A DNA stretch of 63,998 nucleotides, filler included, from Atractiella rhizophila (GCA_021432655.1; 4 parts of 4 records of this genome joined end to end with filler, not necessarily neighbours in it); one strand, 5' to 3'; counted from the first letter of the whole stretch, positions 47,114 to 60,454 are shown. Numbers and translations: made by a program. Notes: generated by a model not told the origin, from the sequence alone.

Positions 47114-47945
47114 AGGAGGCGTCATTTGGAGAGGATCAGGCGATTCTGTCTGTCTTCCCACCATCATTACTCCAGTCCAAGGGTCTCTCTGAGGAACAAG
47201 ACGTAGTGGGGTGTTACTGGCCGCTCTGGGGCTGCCTGTGGCCTGTCTGGTTCTTCTTCCCTCTCTTGCTCCGCTTCCTGGTCTTCTCCTTCATCCCTCA
47301 ATCCTTCAAAACGATTTGGGGATTCCACCCTGAGTCTCTCACGTTCTCCCTTATCCTCCAGAGCGTCCTCCTCCTCCTTATCTTCACCAAAATCCAAAAG
47401 GGCGGCAGGAACATCTCTCTTTCTTTCTCCCACCTGATCCTGATGTTCTTTCCTGGTCCCTGAGGTGGTTCCAATGCGTTTTCCTTTCTCCTGACTTTGC
47501 AGAGCATCTCCCTCTCATCAAATTTCGCAATATCTCGAGTAGATCTTCTTTAGACACTGGACTGGTAGAGTAACCTATAAAGGCACATCTGCATGTATGG
47601 GATGCCATACTGTGGCTTCTTTCGTCCTTCTGCACTTGGACATAGGCAGTGGAGCCTAGCACTCTGAAACGTGAAATATCGACTAGTTGTCCTGTAGGCA
47701 ATGGAGCGGTTGATGGAGGAAGAAGGGGATCTGTTTCTGATATGAACGACAGCCGAAGCAACGTGAGGCCAGAGGAATAGTGGCGAACCAGATTCCTCCA
47801 GTATCGCCACCATACCCTCCTGAATCGTTCTATTTGCTCTCTCTGTTCTCTCATTTTGATCAGGAGAGTTCCTAATCATTTGCTCGCGCTGGATGCCACA
47901 GTTTCGCAGGTATTCATCAAAATCCTTGGAGGAATAGGCCCTTCT
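47114..47945 (-). mobile_element. Ty1/copia integrase remnant
   Basis: YSSKDFDEYLRNCGIQRE...SPDQN...ERANRTIQE...W...AVVHIRNRSP, FRVLGSTAYV, RCAFIGYS; diverged inverted homolog of 50750-51480. Confidence 0.9.
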
Positions 47946-48204
47946 TTGTCTTCTCTGATCTCGATGTGAATGTAATGCAAGAGGTAAAAAAACATATGTG
48001 TCCACTTCCACTGGCCCACCTTTACGGATGTCATTCAACTTCATATCGACCTGGTTCCAGAAATCCTTTTGCGCCCCCATTTGGTTGAAAATTTTGATCA
48101 CTGAGCCATCCGTCGTCCAATCCGTTTGAAACTTTGGGATCATAAATGAGACCCCCTTACGCCTATATCCACCCTTTCTACAAAGATCGGACAATTCGAA
48201 CTCG

Positions 48205-49910
48205 AATTTTATCACCATGGCAGAAGAAATAAAATTTTGATTACCCCCCTTGGACAGAAGGACTATGGCACCTGGTGCATTGATATGCAGGCAGAATTGA
48301 TGAGAAAGGGGTTATGGGAGATAGCCTCTGGAGTAGAGACAAAACTGGAAGATTTGAAGAAGCAAAAATAGTGGCAAAAGGACAGCTCCAAAGCGACTGG
48401 GATCCTGTTCCTTAGCCTAGAAGCGACCCAGAAAGCTCATGTGGTCTCTGTCTTTCAAGATCCAGTCAAGATCTGGTCCACCCTTCAAGACATACACCAA
48501 TTGAAACGTTTCCCCACTCATTTCATTGCCCTTAACCCCCTCCTTGCCCTCCAGAAGAAGGACAGCGCATCCTCTGTTAGTTGTAGTGTGTTGTGTTGGT
48601 CATCTGCTCTTATGACTCTTATGAGTCATCACTATGTAGTTTAGTTCTGCCTAGGAGTGTTGGTGCTCATTATTGACCACCAACCACTCCTAGGTATGTC
48701 TCTCTATACTTCTCTAATGTGCTCATTATTGACCAGCAACCACTCCTAGCCTTAGATCCTTACATGGTAGCGAGAGCTGGTGGCTAGGATTACATTTGGT
48801 CACACCTATATCACCTTCCCCCTCCTCCAGACCACAATTTTCACCATCCCACACTCAAATTTCGCTCAATTTCGATGATTAGAACAGATTTGTGATCCTC
48901 AAACATTCCTTTACCACCTTAGAAGGTTTCTGTCTACTCAGGAATCAAGAAAAATCGAAATCTATCACCTTACCACCCATCTCCTGCCTCAAACGCACTT
49001 TGCCACCCTGGACTCAACCTTTGACAAATTTGGACGTTATAGGGCTTATTTTGATCAAATTTTATCACCATGGCAGAAGAAATAAAATTTTGATTACCCC
49101 CCTTGGACAGAAGGACTATGGCACCTGGTGCATTGATATGCAGGCAGAATTGATGAGAAAGGGGTTATGGGAGATAGCCTCTGGAGTAGAGACAAAACTG
49201 GAAGATTTGAAGAAGCAAAAATAGTGGCAAAAGGACAGCTCCAAAGCGACTGGGATCCTGTTCCTTAGCCTAGAAGCGACCCAGAAAGCTCATGTGGTCT
49301 CTGTCTTTCAAGATCCAGTCAAGATCTGGTCCACCCTTCAAGACATACACCAATTGAAACGTTTCCCCACTCATTTCATTGCCCTTAACCCCCTCCTTGC
49401 CCTCCAGAAGAAGGACAGCGCATCCTCTGTTAGTTGTAGTGTGTTGTGTTGGTCATCTGCTCTTATGACTCTTATGAGTCATCACTATGTAGTTTAGTTC
49501 TGCCTAGGAGTGTTGGTGCTCATTATTGACCACCAACCACTCCTAGGTATGTCTCTCTATACTTCTCTAATGTGCTCATTATTGACCAGCAACCACTCCT
49601 AGCCTTAGATCCTTACATGGTAGCGAGAGCTGGTGGCTAGGATTACATTTGGTCACACCTATATCACCTTCCCCCTCCTCCAGACCACAATTTTCACCAT
49701 CCCACACTCAAATTTCGCTCAATTTCGATGATTAGAACAGATTTGTGATCCTCAAACATTCCTTTACCACCTTAGAAGGTTTCTGTCTACTCAGGAATCA
49801 AGAAAAATCGAAATCTATCACCTTACCACCCATCTCCTGCCTCAAACGCACTTTGCCACCCTGGACTCAACCTTTGACAAATTTGGACGTTATAGGGCTT
49901 ATTTTGATCA
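48205..49910 (+). repeat. 853-bp tandem duplication (copia gag fragment + LTR + PBS + leader)
   Basis: Identical ORFs offset by 853 nt (48441/49294, 48892/49745); the two units look identical by eye. Confidence 0.93.
48575..48777 (+). repeat. 190-bp LTR (TG...CA, 48575-48764) plus primer-binding site TGGTAGCGAGAGC
   Basis: Begins tgttagttgtagtg, ends ccttaca; repeated at 49428-49617 and, truncated, at 52313-52364; tRNA-iMet-type PBS follows immediately. Confidence 0.9.
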
Positions 49911-52364
49911 TGAAACACTACGCTATAACTTTACTAGGAACTGTCTTGGTCACAATAAGCGAAAATTTCAAGATAGCCACTCCATCACCTCCTTCATACC
50001 CCCAAAACCCATTTTTCGACTTTTTGAGTCAGATCTGGTCTGATCTGGACGATTTTATCGCCATTGGATTCACAATAGGCTATTCTACTATCCTACAGCA
50101 GATCACCTTGATCAGAAGAGTCAAAATTCGAAATTTGCCACCATCACATCATCACATCAGCCCCTACCTCCTTTCTCCAACATCAGTGGATCTTAGGACT
50201 CAACCACAGGGTCTAGGAGGATGTTTCGGATGGAAATGGCTCTTAATGGGTTGGAATTTGCTGGGCTGAACAGTCTTGCTGCAGCAAATGATGTCACTAT
50301 GCCTCAAGCAAATCTTGAGTGGATAGCAGACACTGGTGCAACTTCCCACATGTCTCCCCATCATTATTGGTTCAGAACCTACCAGAAGAAGGTCTTCCAG
50401 TCACTTCCAGAGAAGGGTATCGATATTGGGTCACCTGTTGGATTGGGTGTTATATTTTGTGGTCTTGCGTTGTGTGGTCAGCCACCTTTGTTGTGTTTGC
50501 TTCATTTCGGAGTTTTAGCCCCCTAGGGGGCAGTTTAGGCGGTCATCGTCTTTGACCACCAATCTCTGTCCCCAAGCTCCATCCAGCATCAGATTCTCTC
50601 ATCAGCCTCATCGACGAAGCAACAAATCATTGCACAATTGCCTTCCTTAAGAAGAAATCAGAGGCCCCAGAACTCTTCAAGACCTTCAAGAATTGGGTAG
50701 AGAATGTCACTGGGAAGAAGATCAAGAAGTTTAGAAAGGACAAGGAAGGCGCTTATTCCTCCAAGGAATTTGATCAATATCTTAAGGCCTGTGGTATCCA
50801 GCGTGAACAGACTATCAGGAACTCTCCTCATCAGAACGGCAGAGCAGAACGAGCCAATAGGACGATTCAGGAGACTATGGTCGCCATGTTTGAAGAATCT
50901 GGGCTTCCGCTCTTTCTCTGGCCATCTATCGCTTCAGCGGTCGTCCACATTCGCAACAGATCTCCCTCAGCTTCGATCAACCATGCTATTCCCCACACAA
51001 AACTCACTGGACTTACTCCAACCATCTCAAGATTCAGAATCATTGGATGCACTGCCTACGTTCAAGTTCAGAAGGATGAAAGGCCACACAGCTTAGGATC
51101 TCATACTCGAAAATGCGCATTTATAGGCTATTCACTTGCAGCGAAAGGGTGGGAGTTCTGGGATCCTGTTGCAAAGAAGGTCTATGTTCGAGATGTTGCC
51201 AGATTTGATGAGAGAAGATTATGTTGGAAGAGCCACAGGGACCACTTGATGAGTGGAAGGAGTGTCAGGATCAGGTGGGAGATAGACAGAATAGTGCTCC
51301 AGCTGGTCCTCCAGCCAGGATTTCGCTAGACGACAATGATGAAGAAGATGGATGGATTCGACAGCGAGGAGTACCTCCTACACCTCAGGAACAACCCAGA
51401 CTGCTTGGAATACAGTCTCCAAACAGATTTCAGCCCCTTCAGGTTGAAGAAGAAGGAGAAGAAAGAGAGCTGTCTCCAGATCCGCTACAGCTTGTGCCTG
51501 AATGCCCTCCAGATCCACTCCAGATCCGCCCCAACAACACCAGATCGGTCAAGCATCTTCTATGATACCTCAAAGGCACTCGGAACATAGGAATTGAGTA
51601 TTCAGCAACTGGTTTTGACCTCAGGCAACCTTTTCACACCTTCTGCAATGCCGATTTTGCTGGATGCAAGAATACTGGATGTTCTACCGGAGGTTATCTC
51701 CTCAAGATAGGTAATGGAGCGGTCAGTTGGAGCAGCAAACTACAATCCCTCATTGCCCTCTCTACTACCAAAGCAGAATATGTCTCAGCAGTCTCAGCAG
51801 GCCAAGAAGTCGTCTGGCTAAGGAATCTTCTAGAAGAAATTGGCTTCGCTCCTCAAGGTCCTACTCCCCTCTTCACAGACAGTAGCAGTGCTCTCCAGGT
51901 ATCGGAGAACCCTGAGCACCATGGTCGAATGAAACACCTGGACCTTCACTTTTATTGACTCAGAGATGTTGTTGAGATGGACAAGATCAGTCCAGTCTTC
52001 TGTCCGGGTGTCAATATGCCAGCAGACCTCCTCACCAAGGCACTTCCAGTAGGTAGCGTGGATAAGTTTCGACTTATGACGGGTTTGCGCCCCTACCCAA
52101 GTGTATGAGGCAGTTATGGGGCGCAATAAAATTCCTTTCCTCCTCTGTGGGGTTATAAGATGCCGCTTTAAGTGGTACGTGGACTTTTCCTCTTCTTTTC
52201 ATTGCAAAACTAATGTGCTTTCTGCTTTTATATTGGGTATACATTGTACGAATTTGGTGGGACATTCTCTGGATTTGGTGGGAGCATCAAGAGACAGCTG
52301 CCCAGGTGGGAGTGTTAGTTGTAGTGTGTTGTTTTGATCATCTGCTCTTATGACTCTTATGAGT
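49428..52364 (+). mobile_element. Internally deleted Ty1/copia LTR retrotransposon
   Basis: 5' LTR 49428-49617, PBS, protease WIADTGATSHM, integrase core 50590-51230, RNase H (ADFAGC...STGGY...VSWSSKLQ..IALSTT.AEY...HHGRMKHLD), purine tract aggtgggag, truncated 3' LTR at 52313; gag and most of RT absent. Confidence 0.9.
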
Positions 52365-52880
52365 AAAACACTTGTTTGATCGATTGGCGGTCAGTGGAGG
52401 TCATTGGGGTCAACTTCTGGACAATATTCTGGGCCTAGGGAGCGAATGAGAGCGTGGGATTGAAAGACCTCCTTCAAGTTATTGAGGGAATAGTTCTTGG
52501 GAAACGTTTTGGTGAAATCCAGAAGGAGCTGGTCACTTCTAGCACAGATAGTGACAAGGGATTCACTTTCCTCCTTCTGGAGGATAAGAGGGTGCTTGGG
52601 GCAGTAAATTGAGTATTTCTGTTGGTGAATGTCCTGAAGGGTGGACCAGATCTTGACTAGATCTTAAAAGAGAGAGACCACATGGTCTTTCTAGGTCGCT
52701 TCCATGCTAAGGAACAGGATCCCAGCCGCTTTGGAGCTGTCCTTTTGCCACTGCTTTTGCTCCTTCAAATCTTCTGGTTTTGTCTCTACTCCAGAGACGA
52801 TCTCCTATAACCGCTTTCTCATCAATTCTGCCTGCATATCGATGCACCAGGTGCTATAGTTCTTCTCTCCAAGGGGGATC
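52365..52880 (-). mobile_element. copia gag remnant, inverted homolog of 48210-48570
   Basis: Reverse complement matches the YGTWCIDMQAELMRKGLWEIASGVETK and KIWSTLQDIHQ segments at DNA level. Confidence 0.85.
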
Positions 52881-55010
52881 ATCACATTTTACTGTCTTTA
52901 GACACAGTAGTGTCATTTGTAATTCCTGATTGGATCATATGATCTTCATCAAATGGGGAATAGGGTCTTAAGAGGCTGTTGAATACAATCCCAAAGTCTT
53001 GAATCAATAGACAACAGATGGTTAAGTGATCAAAACTAATAACTAAACTGGGGGCAAAATTGAAAATTTCATTTCCAACAGATTTGCTCTCACTACCGCG
53101 AGAGAATATAGCACTGGATAGAGTTAGGGACTGAAGTTGGTGGCCAAAGAGTAACACCGATGCACTCCTTAAAGTATAAAACCACAAATTGAGTAGACAC
53201 AACAAATGCAGCTGACCACACAAGGATAACACCATAAAATATAACATCTAATCTAACTAGGAAATAAGTGAAATTGAATGCCTTGTTCAATACTCCAATG
53301 AAACTATCCACTCTGTGAGAAGCTAAGATCCATTAGAGCCATAATCTGTGCCTTCATCATCAGCCTCAGTATCCTAGGCAACCAGGACACATTTACCATC
53401 TGTAGTAATGCCTGAGGGCATGTGAGAAGAGGTAGAAGAGGTAATAGATTATGAGACTGAACAATAGAGGTTGTATATTGGAAGGAAGTGACATGTGAAG
53501 CTTTGTTTGTGTTGAGTTACTTATATTTTTGATACTCACTTCCATACAATAGAAGCAAAGTGAGATCAAGACATAGGATATGGCATAGACTTAGTACAGT
53601 GTTTTCTTTCGTCTCTTAATGGCATTCAATGTGGATTCATAAGTTTAGTATGAATGTAAATTCAATATATCAGTATCTGCATCTGTTATGGGCATATAGT
53701 GGGAATTTCTCCTGGTAGCAGCAGTGACTCACCTCAACTCCAGTTGGCTCCACAGACTCTAGATTTGCCGCTCTGCCTGTAGTCAATTCCGTCCCAGTCC
53801 CATATCATTAGAAATAAAGGCAGAATGCTGAGTCGTATCCCATGGATTTAGAACCTAGATATTAGGGAAATTAGAGTTTACTGTCCTTTGGCCAGTATCC
53901 GTTTCCATAGAGCTAGCTTGAATCCAGCTTCTCTCCCACTGTTAAAAATGCTGAATGATAGTTGAGATGAAGGCAAAAAAGTGAAACAAGTCATCTCGTA
54001 GCTTTTGTAGATAGAAAGTCCTTGATGTGGCTGCAATTGGAAAGGTCTGGTTGTAAGGTTAATATTGAAATGACTGGGGGGCTAGAGAATAGAATAGGCA
54101 GATCTAAATCCTCCAGCACCTTAATGATTTTTTGGGGCAAATAAACCCAAATGCTTTCTCGCTATTCACGATCAGTCAATACTCTCTTCAGCTATTCCTA
54201 CCAACTTGGCATCTTCTGCAAACTTCTTATATCTTTCAATCAACATTATCCCTAATTCAAATCAAGCACCCAGTTCACCTTGTTGAACTTGTGCCACCAG
54301 ATCTGGAGTTTCTGAGTTCAATGAATTTGAGGGGAAGGGAGCAATGGAATTTGGGTGCATCAAAGTTTCAACTGCTTCGCCTATCTCTTCAAGAGATGCA
54401 GGCTGGAAGTCAGCTTTAAATGTGGACAATTTGTAGGAGCTGGAGCTGGGGGACATTCAAAGTCTTTGATATTGTGAGCACGTCCTGCTTCGCTTGCTAG
54501 ACAATGATAGATACTCTGTCCCCTATTGGTTTGAGGAAGGAGAAAGGTATTTTGATTGTCATTGAACAAAAGGGACTCAGAGCTTGAAGGAGGCTGCAAT
54601 ACAGTTGCGAGGAGGGAGTGCAAGTCAGTAATGATGAGATAATTTTTTTTCCTTTCCATCGACAAGGTATAGTTGTGTGGATCGCTCCAGAATTATTATT
54701 GTGTCAGGGATTGCACATCTGGCTAGGACCCTTAGACACTTGCCAGCCACTTTGTGAGACTTGCACTCTTCTGTGCATTCCAAGCATTTCAGCTAGCGAG
54801 AGGTATGAGGTCAACTTGGTGAGCAATGCAGTGAACCTGTTCTGACAGTGGTTAGTACAAGAGAAAGGGCAGAGACAGAGCAGGACATGGAGAAACAATG
54901 TACATACCTGTCGCAATCTCACCATACCATATGGTGCAGTACATGTGCCCCTAGCATGGTGCAGTACATGTGCCCCTAGCATGGTGCAGTGGTTCTGAGA
55001 GATGTTGGTG
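52880..55010. repeat. Degenerate CpG-poor repeat-derived DNA, unclassified
   Basis: Few CG dinucleotides, no long ORF; 53110-53250 (minus) is homologous to 50440-50590; 25-bp tandem atggtgcagtacatgtgcc(c)ctagc at ~54931-54989. Confidence 0.55.
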
Positions 55011-55645
55011 TCGTTAAATTGAGCGGGAGTTGTGATGAATGCTGGAAAGATGAAGGAAAGGAGATGGGAGGAAATTTGTGATATCATTTGCACACACCGT
55101 TTCCCACTCATTTGTTGTCCAAATGACTGAAGAGTGGACAAACCATTTCCTACCAGCCCAAAAACTGAAAGCTCATATGCGCCAGTTACTCGCGATTCCA
55201 AGCACAAGGACTTGATTCATCATTTTGGTCAGAAGCTGAAAGGTGGTGGTTGGGAGTGTTCGGAAAGGGTGTTTCGGCGTGAGGCATCATTTAGGTGGTC
55301 GCACCAGAGCTGAGAATGATGTTATAAGTATATTCAGCATGAAGATGAGACGAGGGGAGCGTGACTGACCTGATTTCGGCGATGATGATGGTGGGATGCA
55401 CCACTGCGCAAATTTTGGTACAAGTGAAGGCATGTGAGGCGACAGAGGTTGACTGAGTCTATGGGAGCTGGAGAGCGGTAATCATCGCCCAGATCATCGT
55501 TGTCGTCGGTTGAAGACCTCCAGACCACGGCGTCATCTTGGTCGTACTCGTGCGATGAACCTTGGTGCTCAGTAGGGTCAGGGTCGCTGAAACAAAGCAG
55601 GACGAATAAGAATTTACTGTTACTGTTTCCATTCCTCATCCCAAA

Positions 55646-56218
55646 ATGGCCTTTTCAGCGCTTTTTGCGAGATCTCGAGTTGCTGTAAGTTTATCCAATG
55701 ATACGACTCCTGCGCTGAGCTTTCTCTCCTTGGCTACAGTCTTCAAGAGTTGCATTATCGCTCGGTAGCTCCAGCCGAGGCTTCAGTTCTTGTTCCGTAC
55801 GCGGAAAGGGTATAGTTCATTTAAATTCGATTTCAAAATTAGCTGACCTGCGGGGTGGTGGAGTAGACTTTGTCCAAGAATTGTATCTCAAAGAGCTCAA
55901 GGCCTACAAACCCGCCGTGGTCGCTAAAGATGCCCATGTTGGCCAAGTGAAGCAACTCCACATTCCGTCTGCTCCTCCTAGTTTGTTCATTTCCTCTCTC
56001 TGGGTACTAGCGTTGAACTGGAAGTAGAACCGGAAATCCCAACTTCTGCGTCCCTGTCATCCGCATTGGCGGAATACGAGAAGGATGTTCCTTCTGTGAG
56101 CCTCAGTGAAGGAGAAAGCCAGGGAACCTATAAGAGCGATGCGGAAAGCTTTTTGGAGGAAATTGCAGCTCAAGACGGAGAGAAAGAATACGCGGCTGAG
56201 AAGGCGTCTCATCACTAA
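55646..56218 (+). CDS. ATP14: Mitochondrial ATP synthase subunit h, 4 exons
   Basis: Presequence MAFSALFARSRVA..., then DFVQELYLKELKAYKP...DAHVGQVK...PSAP; stop at 56218. Missed by the ORF track because the exons are short. Confidence 0.9.
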
Positions 56219-56374
56219 GGTGGTGACTTTCTGACACTCAATCGTTAATTAATTCCTCTGGACATTGTCTTCTCTGCGGTGGCAATGGAATCCAATCGTA
56301 CCAGTTATTCTCATTGCAATAGAAACTCGCGCCAAGCTGGCCCAACTTGGTAGAGAAGTTTCGTCAATAAATCA

Positions 56375-58895
56375 TCATTGCGCAAGGCTACCTAAGCTCC
56401 GCAAGAACGTCGGGGCGTCGACAACTTCCGTGCTACCATATATAATCTTTCTTCCACCTACAATAGCGGAAGTCCCACTACTTCGCTCTGCAAGCTCCAA
56501 CAGATTCTCATACTCAACATAACCACCTCCGCCAACCATGAATACGATAGCGTTGGTGTATCCTGTCCTTTTCCCTCCACCGACCATTCCAGAGCCGCCT
56601 CGGCCCCTACCTCCAAGCCTGGGATCAAATGAAAGATAGTCATCTGTCTCGCGGAGTGCTTGTTCACGTGCGCTTGAGGGATCCATGATGGCTTCCACGA
56701 TACGCGTGACGATAAGATCTTTGCGAGCTGGAAGAAAGTTCTTTACACCCTGCAAAAGATCGAAACCCCCAACCTGCAGGCCAGAATCCTTCAGTCGCTC
56801 GCCGAGCCGTGACGACAGCGAAGAGAATCCTCTGAACAGGTCATTTGTAGGATTCGAAGGAGTCGAAGTAGGTTGAGTGGTGGCAGTGGTCAAAGATGTC
56901 ATTTTCGAGATCTCTCTTAACCTATTACTTTGTCAGTCAGGGGAAAAACATGGCAATGCAGGTCACACCGTTTAATGTATTCCCAAGGCCGTAGATCCAC
57001 GCCCAAATCTTTTAATACAGTCTCAAACTCCATCAGTTCATCCTTAGATAAATCCCCCGCAGTAGGGACTGTCAGGTACCAGTACGCTAAAAGGCGAAGT
57101 TTATCTTCTCCATTCTCCTTCGTCGGGTCTTTCAGAGTCTCCAGGATTTGCGATTTCGTCTATCAGATCAACCAGATCATAAATCTAGACAGTTCATGAA
57201 GGACGCCATGCGGACCTGTTTGGTAATGCTTTCCTCCATCTGAAATAATTCATCAAGGCCTCGACTCTTGATACCTTGCAGGAGAGCGGTTGCAATATTC
57301 ATGTGCGTGTCCAAGACGTGTTTGCGGGCCGTCAGTTCCGGGAGAGCAGTGATAGCTGCCCTAAGATGTGAGGCGTTGGAGGACATGTCTCTATGCCGAT
57401 GTGAGATTCCACAACGACTGTGCATAGGACTTTACATTTGTGAAACGTCATTAAGGTCGCCAATTCCTGTCGAACGTGTCACTTCCGCAGCATCAGCCTT
57501 GTATCTAGCAAACCGCAACATTTAGCACTTTCAATAGACTAAGAAAAGCCTACCTGGAAAGTTCAGCATCGATCTCTTCTGCAACTTGTGGGAAGCTTTT
57601 TGCAAAATTCTTCTTCCAAAAGAAATCCTTGTTGTCCAAATCGTAGCTCTTCTTGGTTCCGGCTTCTTGGATGGTGACACGGTTCAGATGAAGGGTAACC
57701 ACGTCGCTTACAAGCGCTTGGTATGTCCAAGAATGGGCGAACATCGTTGACAGGTCGAGGTTGCGATCGAGAAGGATAAGAACAGGTCTATCAAAAGCCG
57801 AAGAAGTGGAAGTCGCAGAAGTCCGCGAAGAAGTGGCCAAATACTCCCGTAGTTTGAGGTCGAGTTTTCGAGCCACCATTTCGGCAGCATTGCCTCGCGG
57901 AGAGCGAATAATCGGAATCTCTCCTATGATTTACGCGTATACAATCAGTCACTTGAACACATAATACCAAGTTTCGTAACAGGGAGGCACAATATAAAGC
58001 GTCTACTTGCGGAACAGAGCCACGACGACAAGAAGAAATCTCAAGTCACCACCTGCAGCTAGGATGTTATCTCAAGTCATATAACATTGAATAGTAGATG
58101 ACGAAGAGACACCATTGTTGACAATATTCAGCACCGGAAGTAACTTTGAAACATGCAGACTTCCTTCGCAACAGGTTGAAAGAACAGATGACGCACCGAG
58201 ACACCTCACAACGCCTTCCAATCCGCCGGCGACCTTCTCTGCCAACGCCTCCAGTTCCTCCTCGCCAGCTTTCGTATCATTCAGCTTGGCATATGTATCT
58301 GACATCTCCAGGCTAATCAGACTTGTGCTGAGAGTCAGAAAGTCGAGATTGTGATCGTGCACCTGTTGCAATATCGTTGAGCAAATAAATATCGGAATGG
58401 TACGTGGAGATTCACAGAGACAATGGAGTCGCTCATTCCGCTCCCGGAAACGAGGGAGGCGAGTTCTTCCAGTAGCGGGCGAGGGAGAGGCGAGAGGAAA
58501 TTAAGATAGTACGCTTCGTAAGTGCCTGCGTTTATGTCCTGAGCAATACGACTGATATTTTCACGGGTTGGCAGGACCAAATAAACCGCAGGAACATCGG
58601 GCAAGCTAAGGCGCTGAGCATGAAGCTGCCTGTCGTCGAAGTGAGCACTTCTTTAGTCAATATTAGTGATAACAGACATGTGCAGTGTTACTCCGATGTC
58701 GCGCAAATCTTGTACCCTCAACGCCACGCTTAAAATGTCTTGGGCTCTCCCATCGAGAATGAGGACCTTCCAGGTCGGCGGTTGAAAGGTGCCTATGCCG
58801 TTCTGTGCTGAGCCGGGAGGTGAGGTGGTTGGCGGAGGGTTGTGCAGGTTGAGAAGCGTCAGCAGAGCATTTGTGTGGGATTGCTGCAGTGACAT
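56375..58895 (-). CDS. SLY1: Sec1/Munc18-family protein Sly1
   Basis: WKVLILD...[48 protein letters not shown]...[45 protein letters not shown]. Confidence 0.96.
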
Positions 58896-59034
58896 TGGAT
58901 AGCGGAATAGCCAAAGACAAGACCTGGTGCTGCCTGCCTGCAAGCTTGGTTGCTTGTGTCTCGTTTAAGCTTTGATCAGCTTTGGTCCTGACAGAAAAAA
59001 TAATCAATCGTGTAAAGCCAACCAGTTATTGAAG

Positions 59035-60454
59035 ATGGCCACTTTAGCAGCTCAGCTTGCGGCTCAACAAGTCGCCTATCAGTCGTCTCAAACCTCGAAA
59101 CCCTCGGCGAAGCCAGTTTTCGCGGACAAAAAGACCATTGTGGCTTTGGAGCTGGATGGGGAAGCAAAGATTGAGTCAGTGAGAGTGGATGGGTTGGTTC
59201 GTGATTTCTTTTCTAGTAGAGTAGGATTTGTACGATGATTGTGATTGTGGTAAACCCCACAGGCGGCGATGAAAATCATCAAGCATGCCAAAGATTCAAC
59301 TAATTCTTTGGTTGTTGGACAATTGCTCGGAATCGACCGAAAAGGAGTTGTTGAAGTCAGCGATAGTTTTGCATTACCTTCTGGCGCTCTTGCTTCCGCT
59401 GTGGATAGCGAGAAAGAGCTTCACGGGCCGAAAATTGGTGTGTCAACAAGTCCAACGAGAATAGGTTTTGTTGACTATGAAGAGTAGCTGTCCGATACAC
59501 GTCTTCAATCATGTCTCGCCTGGTAGACCTTAATAGTGATGCCTGCATTGTTGGGTTTTATCTCGCCACGTCCTACGGACAACACCTTTCGACTCCGGGT
59601 TTCATTGATGCACTGTTGGCAGCTCAGCAAGGCTATCCCATAGGAGGAAAAGGGCCAACAACCAAGAGTGTGAAGTTTGGTGCCCCAGTCGCTGCCGCAA
59701 CGCCCAACTCTCCACAATGGGGCAAGCCAGGGGCCGCGGTTGCTTTGGTTTATGGTTTGTCCTTTCCACTTGCTGTATTCATGTACTAACAAGTGGTCGA
59801 AGATGTGGCAGCTTCATCACAGGGAAGCATCTCACTGAAGGCTTTTCGCCTTAGCTCTTCCTTCTTAGAAGCCCACAAAACGAACACGTTTGATCTTCAG
59901 AGGTTTGTCATCGCCTTTTCCTTTGCGGACGACTGCTAATTACAAACAGCTTCGCCGATCACCGTTTAACTTCTTCGAACATCCTCGAAGAACTTCCGGT
60001 CGTCGTCCAATCCACCTCACTCCTCTCCGCTTTTCTGAGCACACTGCCTGCGAACCCATCCGACGAATATGCTTCCTTTTCCCTACCAACATCGACTTCG
60101 CAATACTCTGTCCCTCCCTCCCTGACGCACACCGCTTCCTCCCTCATCCAGTCTCTCGAATCCCATTCATCCGCGCAATCTACACTTTCCTTTCAACTTC
60201 GTCAGCTTGCGCGCGAACGTACCCGCTTAGAGCAAGCTGGCGGGGCGGCGTTAGCCAAGCGGAAGGCTGAGAATGAAGAAAGGAAAAAGAATGGATTAGC
60301 TCCTCTCCCTCCCAGTACAATTGAAGAGATTGCACTCAACAATCTCGTTGAGCCAAGTAGACTGGAGGTGGAGTGTGCTCTTGCTGGCGTGAGAGGCGGC
60401 GCAGAAGCATTGTCGGAGGGGGTCAAGTCAGCTGTATTGCGGATGGTTGTGTAG
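59035..60454 (+). CDS. EIF3H: Translation initiation factor 3 subunit H (MPN domain)
   Basis: VRVDGL|AAMKIIKH...GQLLGID...VEVSDSFALP, IVGFY, LVYD...SLKAFRLS, ILEELPV, RKAENEERKKNGLAPLP...EPSRLE. Confidence 0.9.

Noticed and set aside
48205..49910. CRISPR-like array or intact TRIM element
   Set aside because: Eukaryotic retroelement DNA with two long identical units, no spacers, and no PPT or TSD for the inner pair.
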